From the NCBI GenBank assembly GCA_965204725.1, contig OZ242005.1, positions 2,656,001 to 2,720,000 on the forward strand: a stretch of 64,000 nucleotides of DNA, read 5' to 3'. The stretch is from Candidatus Latescibacterota bacterium. Its GTDB lineage: Bacteria; Latescibacterota; UBA2968; UBA8231. This document shows, piece after piece, positions 48,539-57,543 of this stretch. Below the pieces are notes generated by a model. It was not told the origin of the DNA. It worked only from the letters and a program-made list of their open reading frames with translations, and ran no database searches. Position numbers and translations under genes: made by a program. Within the stretch, counting starts at the first letter, position 1; every line of letters starts with the position of its first letter.

Positions 48539-50317
48539 ATGGCCGCATCCTACCCTCGCATTCCCTACGGCTGGGGCAATTTCCGGGCCATCCGCTTGGA
48601 AAACCGCCTCTACGTGGATAAGACCCGCTTTGTCCGCGTCTTAGAAGAGGAACGCTACGCCTTTTTCATTCGCCCGCGTCGCTTTGGCAAGACCTGCTGG
48701 GTGTCCTTGCTCGAAAATTACTACGACCGTCAGGGAGCCGACGAATTTGAAGCCATCTTCGGCGGCACCCACTTGGGGCGGCACCCGACGGAAAATCGCC
48801 ACCGCTACGTGGTTTTGCGCTTCAACTTTTCGACGTTCAAAAACGCCTTGGAAACCCTCGAACACTACTTTGAAGAGTATTGTCAAATGGTGGTCCGGTA
48901 CGCGCTAGAGCGCAACCGAGATTTGTTTCCCGAGGCAGCACGGCGGCACATCCGCTCGTCGAGTTCGGTCAATGGCCAGCTCAACGAGCTATTCTTGTAC
49001 GCTGGCGATCACGGCATTCGGCTGTACATGCTCATCGACGAGTACGACAACTTTGCCAACACGGTGCTGGCGTATCACGGCGAGGCGGCATACCAGTCGT
49101 TCACCCACGGCGGCGGCTTCTATCGCAACTTTTTCGCCACGCTCAAGGGCGGCACGGAACAAAGGAGCGGCGGCTTGGAGCGTATGTTCATCACCGGGGT
49201 GTCGCCGATCACCATGGACGACGTAACCAGCGGCTTCAACATCGGCCGCAACATCAGCCTACACCCGGAGTTCAACGACATGTTGGGCTTTACCGAGGAG
49301 GAGGTGCGGAGCCTGCTGGAGCTGTACCGCGACTGCGGCGTGTTCAATCAGGAGGTCGAAGACGCGCTGGCAGTGATGCACGAGTGGTACAACGGCTATC
49401 GGTTCGCCGAGGACGCCGAGAGCGATCTCTACAACACCGACATGGTCCTCTATTTCCTCGATGAGTCCATGCCCAACAAACGAGGACCCCGGGAATTGAT
49501 CGACACCAACGTACGCATTGACTACGGCAAGTTGCGCCACCTGCTGACGGTCAACCGACAACTCAATGGCAATTTCGACCTGCTCCGCCGCATCATCGGC
49601 GAGCAACAGGTCGATACCCCCCTCCAACTCAGCTTCCCCCTCGACCGACTCGACCAGCGCGAAAACTTCCTGTCCCTGCTGCACTACTTCGGCCTGCTCA
49701 GCATTCGCGATGTCGCACACGGGGTGCCCCGGCTGGGCATTCCCAACCAAACGGTCAAGCGGCTGATGTACGGCTACCTGCGCGATGGGTATGATGATGT
49801 GGGAGTGTTTTCCGTCGATGGGTATAGCTTTTCCCGCTTGGTCCGTACGATGGCCTACGAAGGCGTTTGGCGACCCGTGTTAGACTTTCTGCGCGATGCC
49901 TTAGCCGAACAAACCGGCATCCGCGACTACCTCGATGGCGAAAAGGTCATCCACGGCTTTGTCGCCGCCCACTTGAGCATGGTCGATCAGTTTCTGCTCC
50001 ACTCCGAGTACGAACTGAACAAGGGCTATGCCGATCTGTACTTGGAGCCGTTTGTCGCCCAGTATCCCGACATGGGGTACGGCTATGTGCTCGAACTCAA
50101 GTATGTGAAACGAAGCGCGGCACTCGACGCCTCCGACGTGGCGGACAAGGTGCAGGAGGCGGTGCTTCAGTTGCGCGGCTACTTGGCGGACCCGTCGTTG
50201 CGCCGCCGCTATCGGTCGGTGCGGCATATCGGCTTGGCGGTGGTGTTTCACGGCTGGGAAATGGTCGCCTACCAAGCGGTGCAAGACGACGCGGTAGGAA
50301 ACCAAGAACTCGTTTGA
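48539..50317 (+). CDS. AAA-ATPase-like + PD-(D/E)XK protein, copy 2
   Basis: Same motifs and same length (592 aa) as copy 1. Confidence 0.92.
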   Translation: MAASYPRIPYGWGNFRAIRLENRLYVDKTRFVRVLEEERYAFFIRPRRFGKTCWVSLLENYYDRQGADEFEAIFGGTHLGRHPTENRHRYVVLRFNFSTFKNALETLEHYFEEYCQMVVRYALERNRDLFPEAARRHIRSSSSVNGQLNELFLYAGDHGIRLYMLIDEYDNFANTVLAYHGEAAYQSFTHGGGFYRNFFATLKGGTEQRSGGLERMFITGVSPITMDDVTSGFNIGRNISLHPEFNDMLGFTEEEVRSLLELYRDCGVFNQEVEDALAVMHEWYNGYRFAEDAESDLYNTDMVLYFLDESMPNKRGPRELIDTNVRIDYGKLRHLLTVNRQLNGNFDLLRRIIGEQQVDTPLQLSFPLDRLDQRENFLSLLHYFGLLSIRDVAHGVPRLGIPNQTVKRLMYGYLRDGYDDVGVFSVDGYSFSRLVRTMAYEGVWRPVLDFLRDALAEQTGIRDYLDGEKVIHGFVAAHLSMVDQFLLHSEYELNKGYADLYLEPFVAQYPDMGYGYVLELKYVKRSAALDASDVADKVQEAVLQLRGYLADPSLRRRYRSVRHIGLAVVFHGWEMVAYQAVQDDAVGNQELV

Positions 50318-50344
50318 GGAGTCGCCGCAGCATGGAGAATCCCA

Positions 50345-50668
50345 ATGGCCAAAAATAGCCGCCTCGTGTACTCCTCGGATACCGGCCGCGTCCCGCCAAA
50401 AAAAAAGCAGGCCGCCGCTCCCCTGGGCGACGGCATCGCCCGCGTCCGTCGCGAGAAAAAGGGACGTCGCGGCAAGACCGCGACCACGATCTCGGGCCTG
50501 CGGCTGTCCGCCGCCGAACTCAAGGCCCTCGCCTCCGAACTCAAGCGCAAATGCGGCAGCGGGGGGTCGGTCGTCGATCGAGTCATTGAAATTCAGGGGG
50601 ACCAAGTGGAGGTCGTGCTCGCCGAACTGGCCGAGCGCGGCTATCGGGCCAAGCACGCTGGTGGCTGA
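50345..50668 (+). CDS. yciH: SUI1/eIF1-like protein YciH
   Basis: LVYSSDTG, KGRRGKTAT, LKRKCGSGG, IEIQGD. Confidence 0.92.
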   Translation: MAKNSRLVYSSDTGRVPPKKKQAAAPLGDGIARVRREKKGRRGKTATTISGLRLSAAELKALASELKRKCGSGGSVVDRVIEIQGDQVEVVLAELAERGYRAKHAGG

Positions 50669-50678
50669 TTCGTCCCCT

Positions 50679-51965
50679 TCAATTAGAGGGCGTAGAGGGT
50701 GGGATTTGCTTGCCCTGCGGGTCTTGCTCGTCGCTGATTTGCGCGCCCAACTCGGCGGCTAGCTCGCCGCCGATAAAGTGTTCAATCGCGTCGGCCGGGG
50801 CGTGGACGTGGTCCTTGGGCAGGCCGAGCTGGCTCATATAGGTCTCCCAAAGCCGGTGATTGCGCAACAAGCGCAGCGCGGCTTGTTGGCCCTTTGCCGA
50901 CAATTCGACGAGGCCATTGGCCTCGCTCAGCAGGTGCCGCCGCCGCAGGTTGCCGACCGCCAGCCGCGCCAACACGCCCCAAACAGCCGCGACCGCCACC
51001 AGCTCGGCGGGCCGCAGCCCAGCGCGCTCGGCCCCGCTTTCCTCGCGCCGCACCAGCGCGAGCAGCACGTGGTCTTGCGCCACTTGCAGCGATAGCCGCA
51101 CGCGCTGGTAGATCCGCGCCAGCACGCCCTGATTGGGGGAAAAAAGCAGGGAAAAGACAAAGATCGCGCCGATGACCACCACCATGGCACCGGCGATGGA
51201 GCTATTCCAGAAGCTGGCCAAAAAGTAACCCGCCACCGCCGAGGCCATGCCAAAGAACGCGGCCAACCCCAGTACCGCGATCAGCCGGTCGCTCCACAGG
51301 TACGCCGCGGCCCCGGGCACGATTAGCATGGCTACGACCAAGATCGCGCCGACCGACTCAAACGACGCCACCGTCGTCAGGGCGACCAAACCCATCAATA
51401 GATAGTGCATCAGCGTGGCGTTGATCCCCACCGACATAGCCAAGGCTGGGTCAAACGCGGAAATTTTGAATTCTTTGTACAAGAGCGCGAGCACCGTCAG
51501 GTTGAGCGCGAGCACCGCGCCCAAGATCCACACCGGGCGCGGCCCCAGCGACGTATCTCCCCACAGCAGCAGGTCCCAAGGGGTATAGGCGATCTCGCCG
51601 TAGAGTACGCACTCCTGATCGAGATCCACTTGGCCAGAATATGCGGTAATGATCACCACGCCTAGCGCGAAAAGCGCGGTAAACACAATGCCGATGGCCG
51701 CGTCCTCTTGGACGCGCCACCGCCGGTGAAACGACTCGACCAACAGCGCGGTCAGCAAGCCGAAGACGGCCGCGCCCAAAAACATCGGCAGCACCGCCCG
51801 GCTGCCCGACATCAGAAAGGCCACGGCGATCCCCGGCAGCACGGAGTGGCTCAACGCGTCGCCCAACAACGCCATCTTGCGCAGCACCAAGAAGGTCCCC
51901 AACAGGCTACAGGACGCGGTGACCAACACGCCGGTGAGCACGATCCAGAAAGCCCCTTCGATCAT
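50679..51965 (-). CDS. Mn/Zn/Fe ABC permease (MntD/TroD-like) with C-terminal DtxR-like domain
   Basis: DALSHSVLPG, DLDQECVLYGEI, ESVGAILV; C-terminal RNHRLWETY...HAPADAIEH...DPQGKQIP. Confidence 0.9.
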   Translation of the reverse strand: MIEGAFWIVLTGVLVTASCSLLGTFLVLRKMALLGDALSHSVLPGIAVAFLMSGSRAVLPMFLGAAVFGLLTALLVESFHRRWRVQEDAAIGIVFTALFALGVVIITAYSGQVDLDQECVLYGEIAYTPWDLLLWGDTSLGPRPVWILGAVLALNLTVLALLYKEFKISAFDPALAMSVGINATLMHYLLMGLVALTTVASFESVGAILVVAMLIVPGAAAYLWSDRLIAVLGLAAFFGMASAVAGYFLASFWNSSIAGAMVVVIGAIFVFSLLFSPNQGVLARIYQRVRLSLQVAQDHVLLALVRREESGAERAGLRPAELVAVAAVWGVLARLAVGNLRRRHLLSEANGLVELSAKGQQAALRLLRNHRLWETYMSQLGLPKDHVHAPADAIEHFIGGELAAELGAQISDEQDPQGKQIPPSTPSN

Positions 51966-53290
51966 TCGCGCCCTCCCCGGCGGTAGTGACTGCCGGTGCC
52001 GTGGATATTGACGATCCGGGCCGGGTCTAGCCCTTGCTCGCGCTTGAGGACATCCTCTAGCTCGGCAATGATTTCCGGCGTCAGCAAGTGCTCGACTTCG
52101 TCGGCGGGCCGATCCACGTGATCGGCGTCGAGTATGGCCCGATAATACAAATAGTGTTCCCACAAGCGGTGCGACTTAACCACGAACAGCCCTTCCTCCG
52201 CGCCGCTGGTCGTTAGGGCGAACCGCCCGCCTTGATGCGAGACGAGCCCCTTGGCGGCGAGCCGGCGCCCGAGGCGTTTGATCTGGTCAGGCGACCGGCC
52301 CATCTCAATGGCCAATTCCTCCACGGCCAAGGGGCGGCTCGTTCCGAGCTTCTCTTGCAACTCGATGCAGGCGCGCAAAAAGTGCTGCTGGCTCTCGCGG
52401 CGGCTGTTGTGCCGCTGCCGCCGCCACCGCGCCAAGACCCCTCGCCGAGGCGCGCAAAGAGCCGAAACCACAAAGCACAAGGTGGCGATGAGCACCATCA
52501 CCGGGCCGGTGGGCACTCGCGGCACCAAGGAGCTGATGAAGGTGCCGACGACTCCAGCCAAGCCCCCGAAAGCAGCGGCGAGCAGGACCATCTTGTGCAA
52601 CCGCTCGGTCCAAAAGCGGGCCGCCACCGCCGGTGTGATGAGCATGGCCGCAATCAGCACGACGCCTACGGCCTGCAAGCCGACGATCACCGTCAGCGCG
52701 ATCAGCCCCATTAGCAGGGCGTCGATCCAGCGGGACGAGTACCCGAGCGTCTGCAAAAAGTCCGCGTCGAAAATTAGGGCCTTGAACTCCTTAAAAAACA
52801 AGGCCACCGCGAGGATAATGAGGACCGCCAAGACACTCATGACGCGCAGGTCGTCATCGACCAACGAGGCCGCTTGCCCAAAGAGGAACTTGTCCAAGCC
52901 GCTCTGATTGCCCGTGCCGACCCGCTGCACGTGGGTCAACAGCACGATGCCCACGCCAAAAAATACCGACAGGACAATGCCGATGGCCGAATCCGCCTTG
53001 ACGCGGGTAAAGTTGATGATGAACTGCATCGCCAACACGCCGAGCACCCCGGAAATCGCCGCGCCCGCCAGCAGCACCGGCAGGGCCTTGCTCCCAGTCC
53101 ACAAATAAGCTAGTGCCACGCCCGGCAGGGCCGCGTGCGCCAGCGCGTCGCCGACGAGGCTCCGCCGCCGCAACACGGCAAACGACCCCAGCAACCCGCC
53201 GGTCGCGCCAATCAGCAGGGCGCCGAAGAGCACGAAGCGCACGTTGGCGTCGGCCAAGCTCAAGAAGCGCAGGGCGTTTTCGGCCAGCAT
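51962..53290 (-). CDS. Mn/Zn/Fe ABC permease (MntC/TroC-like) with C-terminal DtxR-like domain
   Basis: DALAHAALPG, LFGQAA, QAVGVVL; C-terminal SHRLWEHYL...ADEVEH. Confidence 0.9.
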   Translation of the reverse strand: MLAENALRFLSLADANVRFVLFGALLIGATGGLLGSFAVLRRRSLVGDALAHAALPGVALAYLWTGSKALPVLLAGAAISGVLGVLAMQFIINFTRVKADSAIGIVLSVFFGVGIVLLTHVQRVGTGNQSGLDKFLFGQAASLVDDDLRVMSVLAVLIILAVALFFKEFKALIFDADFLQTLGYSSRWIDALLMGLIALTVIVGLQAVGVVLIAAMLITPAVAARFWTERLHKMVLLAAAFGGLAGVVGTFISSLVPRVPTGPVMVLIATLCFVVSALCAPRRGVLARWRRQRHNSRRESQQHFLRACIELQEKLGTSRPLAVEELAIEMGRSPDQIKRLGRRLAAKGLVSHQGGRFALTTSGAEEGLFVVKSHRLWEHYLYYRAILDADHVDRPADEVEHLLTPEIIAELEDVLKREQGLDPARIVNIHGTGSHYRRGGRE

Positions 53291-53292
53291 CG

Positions 53293-54063
53293 TCAGCTCT
53301 CGCGCCGCTGCTCAGCCATGGCTTGGGCGGCCTGCGAGAGTACGGTCAGCCGACCCCCATAGGTCTTTTGCAAATTGTCGTCGGTAAAGACCGCGCGGGT
53401 TGGGCCGGACGCCACGACCCGCATGTTGAGCATGATGACCCAATCGAAGTATTCGGTCACCGTCTGCAAGTCGTGGTGAACTACCAAGATGGTTTTTCCC
53501 TGCTGGCGCAGAGCGACCAAGCTGGCGATGATCGCGCGCTCGGTCGCCGCATCCACCCCGGCAAAAGGCTCGTCCATGATGTAGATGCGGGCCTGTTGGG
53601 CCAAGGCCCGGGCGAGAAAGACTCGCTGTTGCTGGCCGCCCGATAGCTGGCTGATCTGCCGCTCGGCAAACGGGGCCATGCCCACCTCGTCGAGGGCCGC
53701 CCAAGCCAAGCGGCGATCTTCCTTGCTCGGCCGCCGCATCCACCCCACGTGGCCATAGCGGCCCATGAGCACCACGTCGAGCGCACTGACCGGGAAGTCC
53801 CAATCCACGGATTCGCGCTGCGGCACATAGCCGATGATCTTGCGCATCTGGCTGTAGTCCTCGCCGTAGATCTTGACCCAGCCCGACGCCTTGGGGACGA
53901 GCTCCATTATGGCCTTGATCATGGTGCTTTTGCCCGAGCCGTTGGGGCCGATGATGCCTACGAGTTGCCCTTCGGGCACATTGAGATCCACGTCCCACAG
54001 CACCGGCTTCTTGTGGTAGGCAATGGTCATGTCGTGGATCTGGATGGGATGAGGTGCGCTCAC
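53293..54063 (-). CDS. Metal ABC transporter ATP-binding protein (MntB/TroB-like)
   Basis: GPNGSGKS, LSGGQQQR, MDEPFAGVD; GTG overlaps the SBP stop. Confidence 0.93.
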   Translation of the reverse strand: MSAPHPIQIHDMTIAYHKKPVLWDVDLNVPEGQLVGIIGPNGSGKSTMIKAIMELVPKASGWVKIYGEDYSQMRKIIGYVPQRESVDWDFPVSALDVVLMGRYGHVGWMRRPSKEDRRLAWAALDEVGMAPFAERQISQLSGGQQQRVFLARALAQQARIYIMDEPFAGVDAATERAIIASLVALRQQGKTILVVHHDLQTVTEYFDWVIMLNMRVVASGPTRAVFTDDNLQKTYGGRLTVLSQAAQAMAEQRRES

Positions 54064-54956
54064 CGCAAGGCTCCCACGAGGGTGTTGACGTTGCTTTCGA
54101 CCATGCCCACATAGGTGTCGGCACCGCTGCCAGCGGCCCCCATCGCGTCTGAGTATAGGGTGCCGCCTATTTCCACTTGGAAGCCGCGGTCCAAGCACCC
54201 TTCGCGCACCGCCTCAATCGAGCGCACAGGTACGCTGCTCTCGACGAATATGGCCTTGACCTCGCGCTCCACGATCAAATCGACTAGCCGGGTGACGTCG
54301 TTGACCCCGTAATCGGCCACTGTGGAAATCCCTTGCAGGCCGACGACCTCCACTCCGTAGGCGCGGCCAAAATAGCCAAAGGCATCGTGGGCCGTAATCA
54401 GCACCCGGCTGGCCTCCGGCAGCAGCGCGACCTGATCGAAGATCCATTGGTGTAGCGAGTCGAGACGCGCTCGATAGCGCGCCCCGTTCTGGCGATAGAC
54501 CGACGCCCCGTCCGGGTCCAGTGCGCTCAGGCGGGCCACGACCGGCTCAATCGTCTGCGCCCACAGGGATACGTCGAACCAGATGTGGGGATCGAAGTTG
54601 CCGTCGAATTCCGGGGGGCGCAGCAAGCGCTCTTCTGGTATGTGCCCGGCCACGGCCAACACCGGCTTGCGGCGGGCCATTTTGGCGAAGATGTCTTCCA
54701 TCTTGCCTTCGAGAAAAAGGCCGTTGAAGAGAATCAAATTCGCGGCCGTTAGCTTGGCTAAATCGCCCTGCGATGCCTTGTAGTAATGCGGATCAACGCC
54801 CGGCCCCATCATCCCGACAACCGCGATGCGATCGCCGCCGATGTTCCGAGCGAGGTCGGCGACCATCCCCGTGGTACACACCACCTCAATCTGCTCGTTT
54901 CCGCGCTCGGGCGCACTGCATCCCAACGCGCACAACACAATGAAAATCCAGAACAT
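54060..54956 (-). CDS. Metal ABC substrate-binding lipoprotein (MntA/TroA-like)
   Basis: Lipobox ALGC; GVDPH, DPHIW, HDAFGYF, LYSD. Confidence 0.93.
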   Translation of the reverse strand: MFWIFIVLCALGCSAPERGNEQIEVVCTTGMVADLARNIGGDRIAVVGMMGPGVDPHYYKASQGDLAKLTAANLILFNGLFLEGKMEDIFAKMARRKPVLAVAGHIPEERLLRPPEFDGNFDPHIWFDVSLWAQTIEPVVARLSALDPDGASVYRQNGARYRARLDSLHQWIFDQVALLPEASRVLITAHDAFGYFGRAYGVEVVGLQGISTVADYGVNDVTRLVDLIVEREVKAIFVESSVPVRSIEAVREGCLDRGFQVEIGGTLYSDAMGAAGSGADTYVGMVESNVNTLVGALR

Positions 54957-55016
54957 GGTCCCTTGCTTATTTAACGATATGGAGTGCAAGAATCTTCGTC
55001 GAAACCGACTAGGGCC

Positions 55017-55643
55017 TCATCCACGTCGCCCGGTGTGCCCATTGGAGGACGCCAAGCGATGGAGCGCTCGCTCGGCCTCTAGCAGGGCAAAGTACTCGCA
55101 GAGCGCGTGTAGGCGGCCATTTTCGGTCGTCATTTCGAGCAGTTGCTGCCGAATCCCCAAGTCGAGGCGCTGGGCGATTTGAAAGGCGTTTTGCAAAGAC
55201 CCGACTTCAGCTCGTGCGCCGGTCCCTTCCTCTAGCTGCTTCACCAAGTCTTCTAAGGCCGCAACGGCCTTGGCTAAAAGCACTGGATCGGTCGGCTCCT
55301 CAGCGTCATCTACGTACTCTACCCACGCCTCTAAGTAGGGCTTGTGCTCGTCAATGCGAGCGATGCGAAAGCGCCGCCCGCCGCGGACGATGATGTTGAG
55401 GCGACCATCGTCGAACTCGTCGAGCACTCGGGCCAACACCATCGCGCAACCCACCTCGCCTTGGACCTCGCGGTCCTGCCCCAGAATCATGCCAATGGGC
55501 AAGGTCTCGCCGCGCTCGTCGGCCTCCCGCACATCGGCGAGCATGCGCTTGTAGCGCGGCTCAAATATGTGCAGGGGCACGATTTGGCCGGGGAAGACGA
55601 CCACCGGCAGGGGAAAAAGCGGAATCGGATTGCGATCGAACAT
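55017..55643 (-). CDS. LON peptidase N-terminal (substrate-binding) domain protein
   Basis: IPLFPL.VVVFPG...PLHIFEPRY. Confidence 0.88.
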   Translation of the reverse strand: MFDRNPIPLFPLPVVVFPGQIVPLHIFEPRYKRMLADVREADERGETLPIGMILGQDREVQGEVGCAMVLARVLDEFDDGRLNIIVRGGRRFRIARIDEHKPYLEAWVEYVDDAEEPTDPVLLAKAVAALEDLVKQLEEGTGARAEVGSLQNAFQIAQRLDLGIRQQLLEMTTENGRLHALCEYFALLEAERALHRLASSNGHTGRRG

Positions 55644-55703
55644 GGCGTTGTGCCAGCAAATTAAACCGCCGATACCAGCGAGGGCAAGCTGGGTTTTGGT
55701 GCT

Positions 55704-56615
55704 TCACCCCGACTGTAACGCTTCCTGTAACAACGCAAACAGCCGGTCTAGTTCGGCGCGCGTTTCCACGTCGAGGGCATAGCTCAGGGGGCCGCGATGC
55801 ACTTGGTTGGGAAAGAGGCCGCGCTTGTGCATGAGGTAGCGCTCGACCACGATGAAGCCGTCCAAGCCCCCTTGGATCTGCACAGTACACAAGGCGCAGA
55901 TGGGAAAGTAAAGCTGGTACGCCCGCGCTTCGTCGCCGGCTGTGAGGGCGCGCCACAGCGCGACCGTGCCGTCGAGCAGCTCGACGCCGGGAATGGTCCC
56001 GCGAATGCCGCGGCGGAAGGAGTCGATCAGCAGCAAGCCGCCGCTGCCTTCAAATATGCCGGCCCGACCCTCGGTGTGGTCGCGCAGCGCCGAGATGCAA
56101 GGCCCCAAAGGAGTGGCCTCGGGTTTGAAGAGGACGCGGTCGCCGTAGTCGCGAAAGAGCGACGCTTGAAACGCAATGCTCATCGGGTTGCCCACGTACG
56201 AGCTCGCGTCTTGGATCATAACCGGGATGGAAACCTCGGCGAGTAGGGCGGCAAAATAAGCGCGCAACTCGCTTTCGCCCAAGGAGCGGGAAATCGGCGG
56301 AATGGCCATGACGGCGGCCGCGCCGCCATCTTCCGCGGCCCGAGCGTAGAGCCGGGCTTGGGCCGTGCCCTCGGCCCCGACGCCGATGATGACCGGGCCG
56401 CGCCCGCGGGCAAACTCCACCAGCCGGGCCGGAAGCGCGAGCCGCTCGGCCGCCGTCAGGCGCAACAGGTCGGATACCAAGGCGAGGCAGAACCCGTAGG
56501 CCCCGGTTGCGAAAAGGTAATCGACCTCGTCTTGCAATACGGCGTAGTCAATGGCTTGGTCGTCGGTGTACGGAATGTGGACGACTGGCAGAACGTCTTT
56601 GATTTCGTAGCTCAT
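55704..56615 (-). CDS. DapA/NAL-family aldolase-like protein
   Basis: PVVHIPY, LT.AER, VIIGVG, MAIPP, MIQD, FKPE. Confidence 0.85.
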   Translation of the reverse strand: MSYEIKDVLPVVHIPYTDDQAIDYAVLQDEVDYLFATGAYGFCLALVSDLLRLTAAERLALPARLVEFARGRGPVIIGVGAEGTAQARLYARAAEDGGAAAVMAIPPISRSLGESELRAYFAALLAEVSIPVMIQDASSYVGNPMSIAFQASLFRDYGDRVLFKPEATPLGPCISALRDHTEGRAGIFEGSGGLLLIDSFRRGIRGTIPGVELLDGTVALWRALTAGDEARAYQLYFPICALCTVQIQGGLDGFIVVERYLMHKRGLFPNQVHRGPLSYALDVETRAELDRLFALLQEALQSG

Positions 56616-57466
56616 CGTCGTTGTCCTCGGCGCGCTCGGCGCAAAATGGCAAAGAGGTGTTCGGCCATCTCGTCGTTGGCCGCGGCCAAGAAGTGCCCGA
56701 ATTTGCGGCGCTGAGTATAGACCGGGCGGCGGCGTTCCCCGGTGTAGCAGCGCGCCCCGGCCTCTTCGGCAATCAGCGACGGTGGCCCGACATCATAGAC
56801 TTCGACTTGGCGCGTCAGATACGCACACAGCGCCCCCTCGGCGAGCTCGGTGAGGACCAATGCCGCGCCAATAGGGCTTTCGCGCGGGGCCAGCGCGGGG
56901 CGGGCGAGGGCCTGATAGGGGCGAGCCTTCGAGGAAATGAAGGCTTTGTTCGTGCGCGGCTCATCGGGCAACTGCAAGCGGCGCGGGCGGCCGGTGCCCA
57001 CGCGCACGAGCGCCCCCTTGCCCTTGCAGGCGGTGAACGTCTTGTCCTCTGAGGGCCGCGCGACAATCGCGGCGAGCATAAGGCCATCGCAAGCTAAGCC
57101 TATCGAGATGTGATACGGGGCGTCGCCCCGCTTGAAGTGCAAGGTGCCGTCGATGGGATCGACAAGGACCGCGTAGGGCGAGGTATTGCCAGCAAAGCGC
57201 CTTTTGAGCGGCGTGCGCTCCTCGGCAATGCAGCGCACAAACGGAAAGTGCTGGAGCACGACCGCAAGGAGGATGTCCTGCACGGCCGCGTCGAGGACCG
57301 TGAAGGCCGTGGAGGCGGCCTGCGCCTTGCGACCGGTGAGGCGCAAGTCGGCGGCCTTGCCAATGTCGGCGACTTGGCCGTAGAAAATCAGGGAGGCGCG
57401 GGCGCACTGATCGACGACCGGGAGCAGCGCGTCGATAAAGTCGTTGGGGGCGATGGTTGCGGCCAT
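56612..57466 (-). CDS. Inositol monophosphatase-family protein
   Basis: IAEE, LVDPIDGTLHF, YDVGPPSLIAEEAG. Confidence 0.85.
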   Translation of the reverse strand: MAATIAPNDFIDALLPVVDQCARASLIFYGQVADIGKAADLRLTGRKAQAASTAFTVLDAAVQDILLAVVLQHFPFVRCIAEERTPLKRRFAGNTSPYAVLVDPIDGTLHFKRGDAPYHISIGLACDGLMLAAIVARPSEDKTFTACKGKGALVRVGTGRPRRLQLPDEPRTNKAFISSKARPYQALARPALAPRESPIGAALVLTELAEGALCAYLTRQVEVYDVGPPSLIAEEAGARCYTGERRRPVYTQRRKFGHFLAAANDEMAEHLFAILRRARRGQRR

Positions 57467-57474
57467 GTCACATA

Positions 57475-57517
57475 CAATAATAAAGCGCCCGGTTCCTCTC
57501 TGGAGGAAGCCGGGCGC
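57475..57517 (-). terminator. Rho-independent terminator after the Mo-hydroxylase gene
   Basis: Minus strand GCGCCCGGCTTCCTC-CAGA-GAGGAACCGGGCGC followed by TTTATTATTG. Confidence 0.7.
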
Positions 57518-57543
57518 GAGCGAGCGGGCGGCCCAACGGCTTT

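Larger units (their letters stand above)
46735..50326 (+). repeat. Tandem 1788-bp units bounded by three 16-bp direct repeats CGTTTGAGGAGTCGCC
   Basis: Identical 16-mers at 46735, 48523 and 50311. Confidence 0.92.

Noticed and set aside
46751-50317. Diversity-generating retroelement (TR/VR pair)
   Set aside because: No reverse transcriptase in the window, both copies are full genes, and differences are not confined to adenines.
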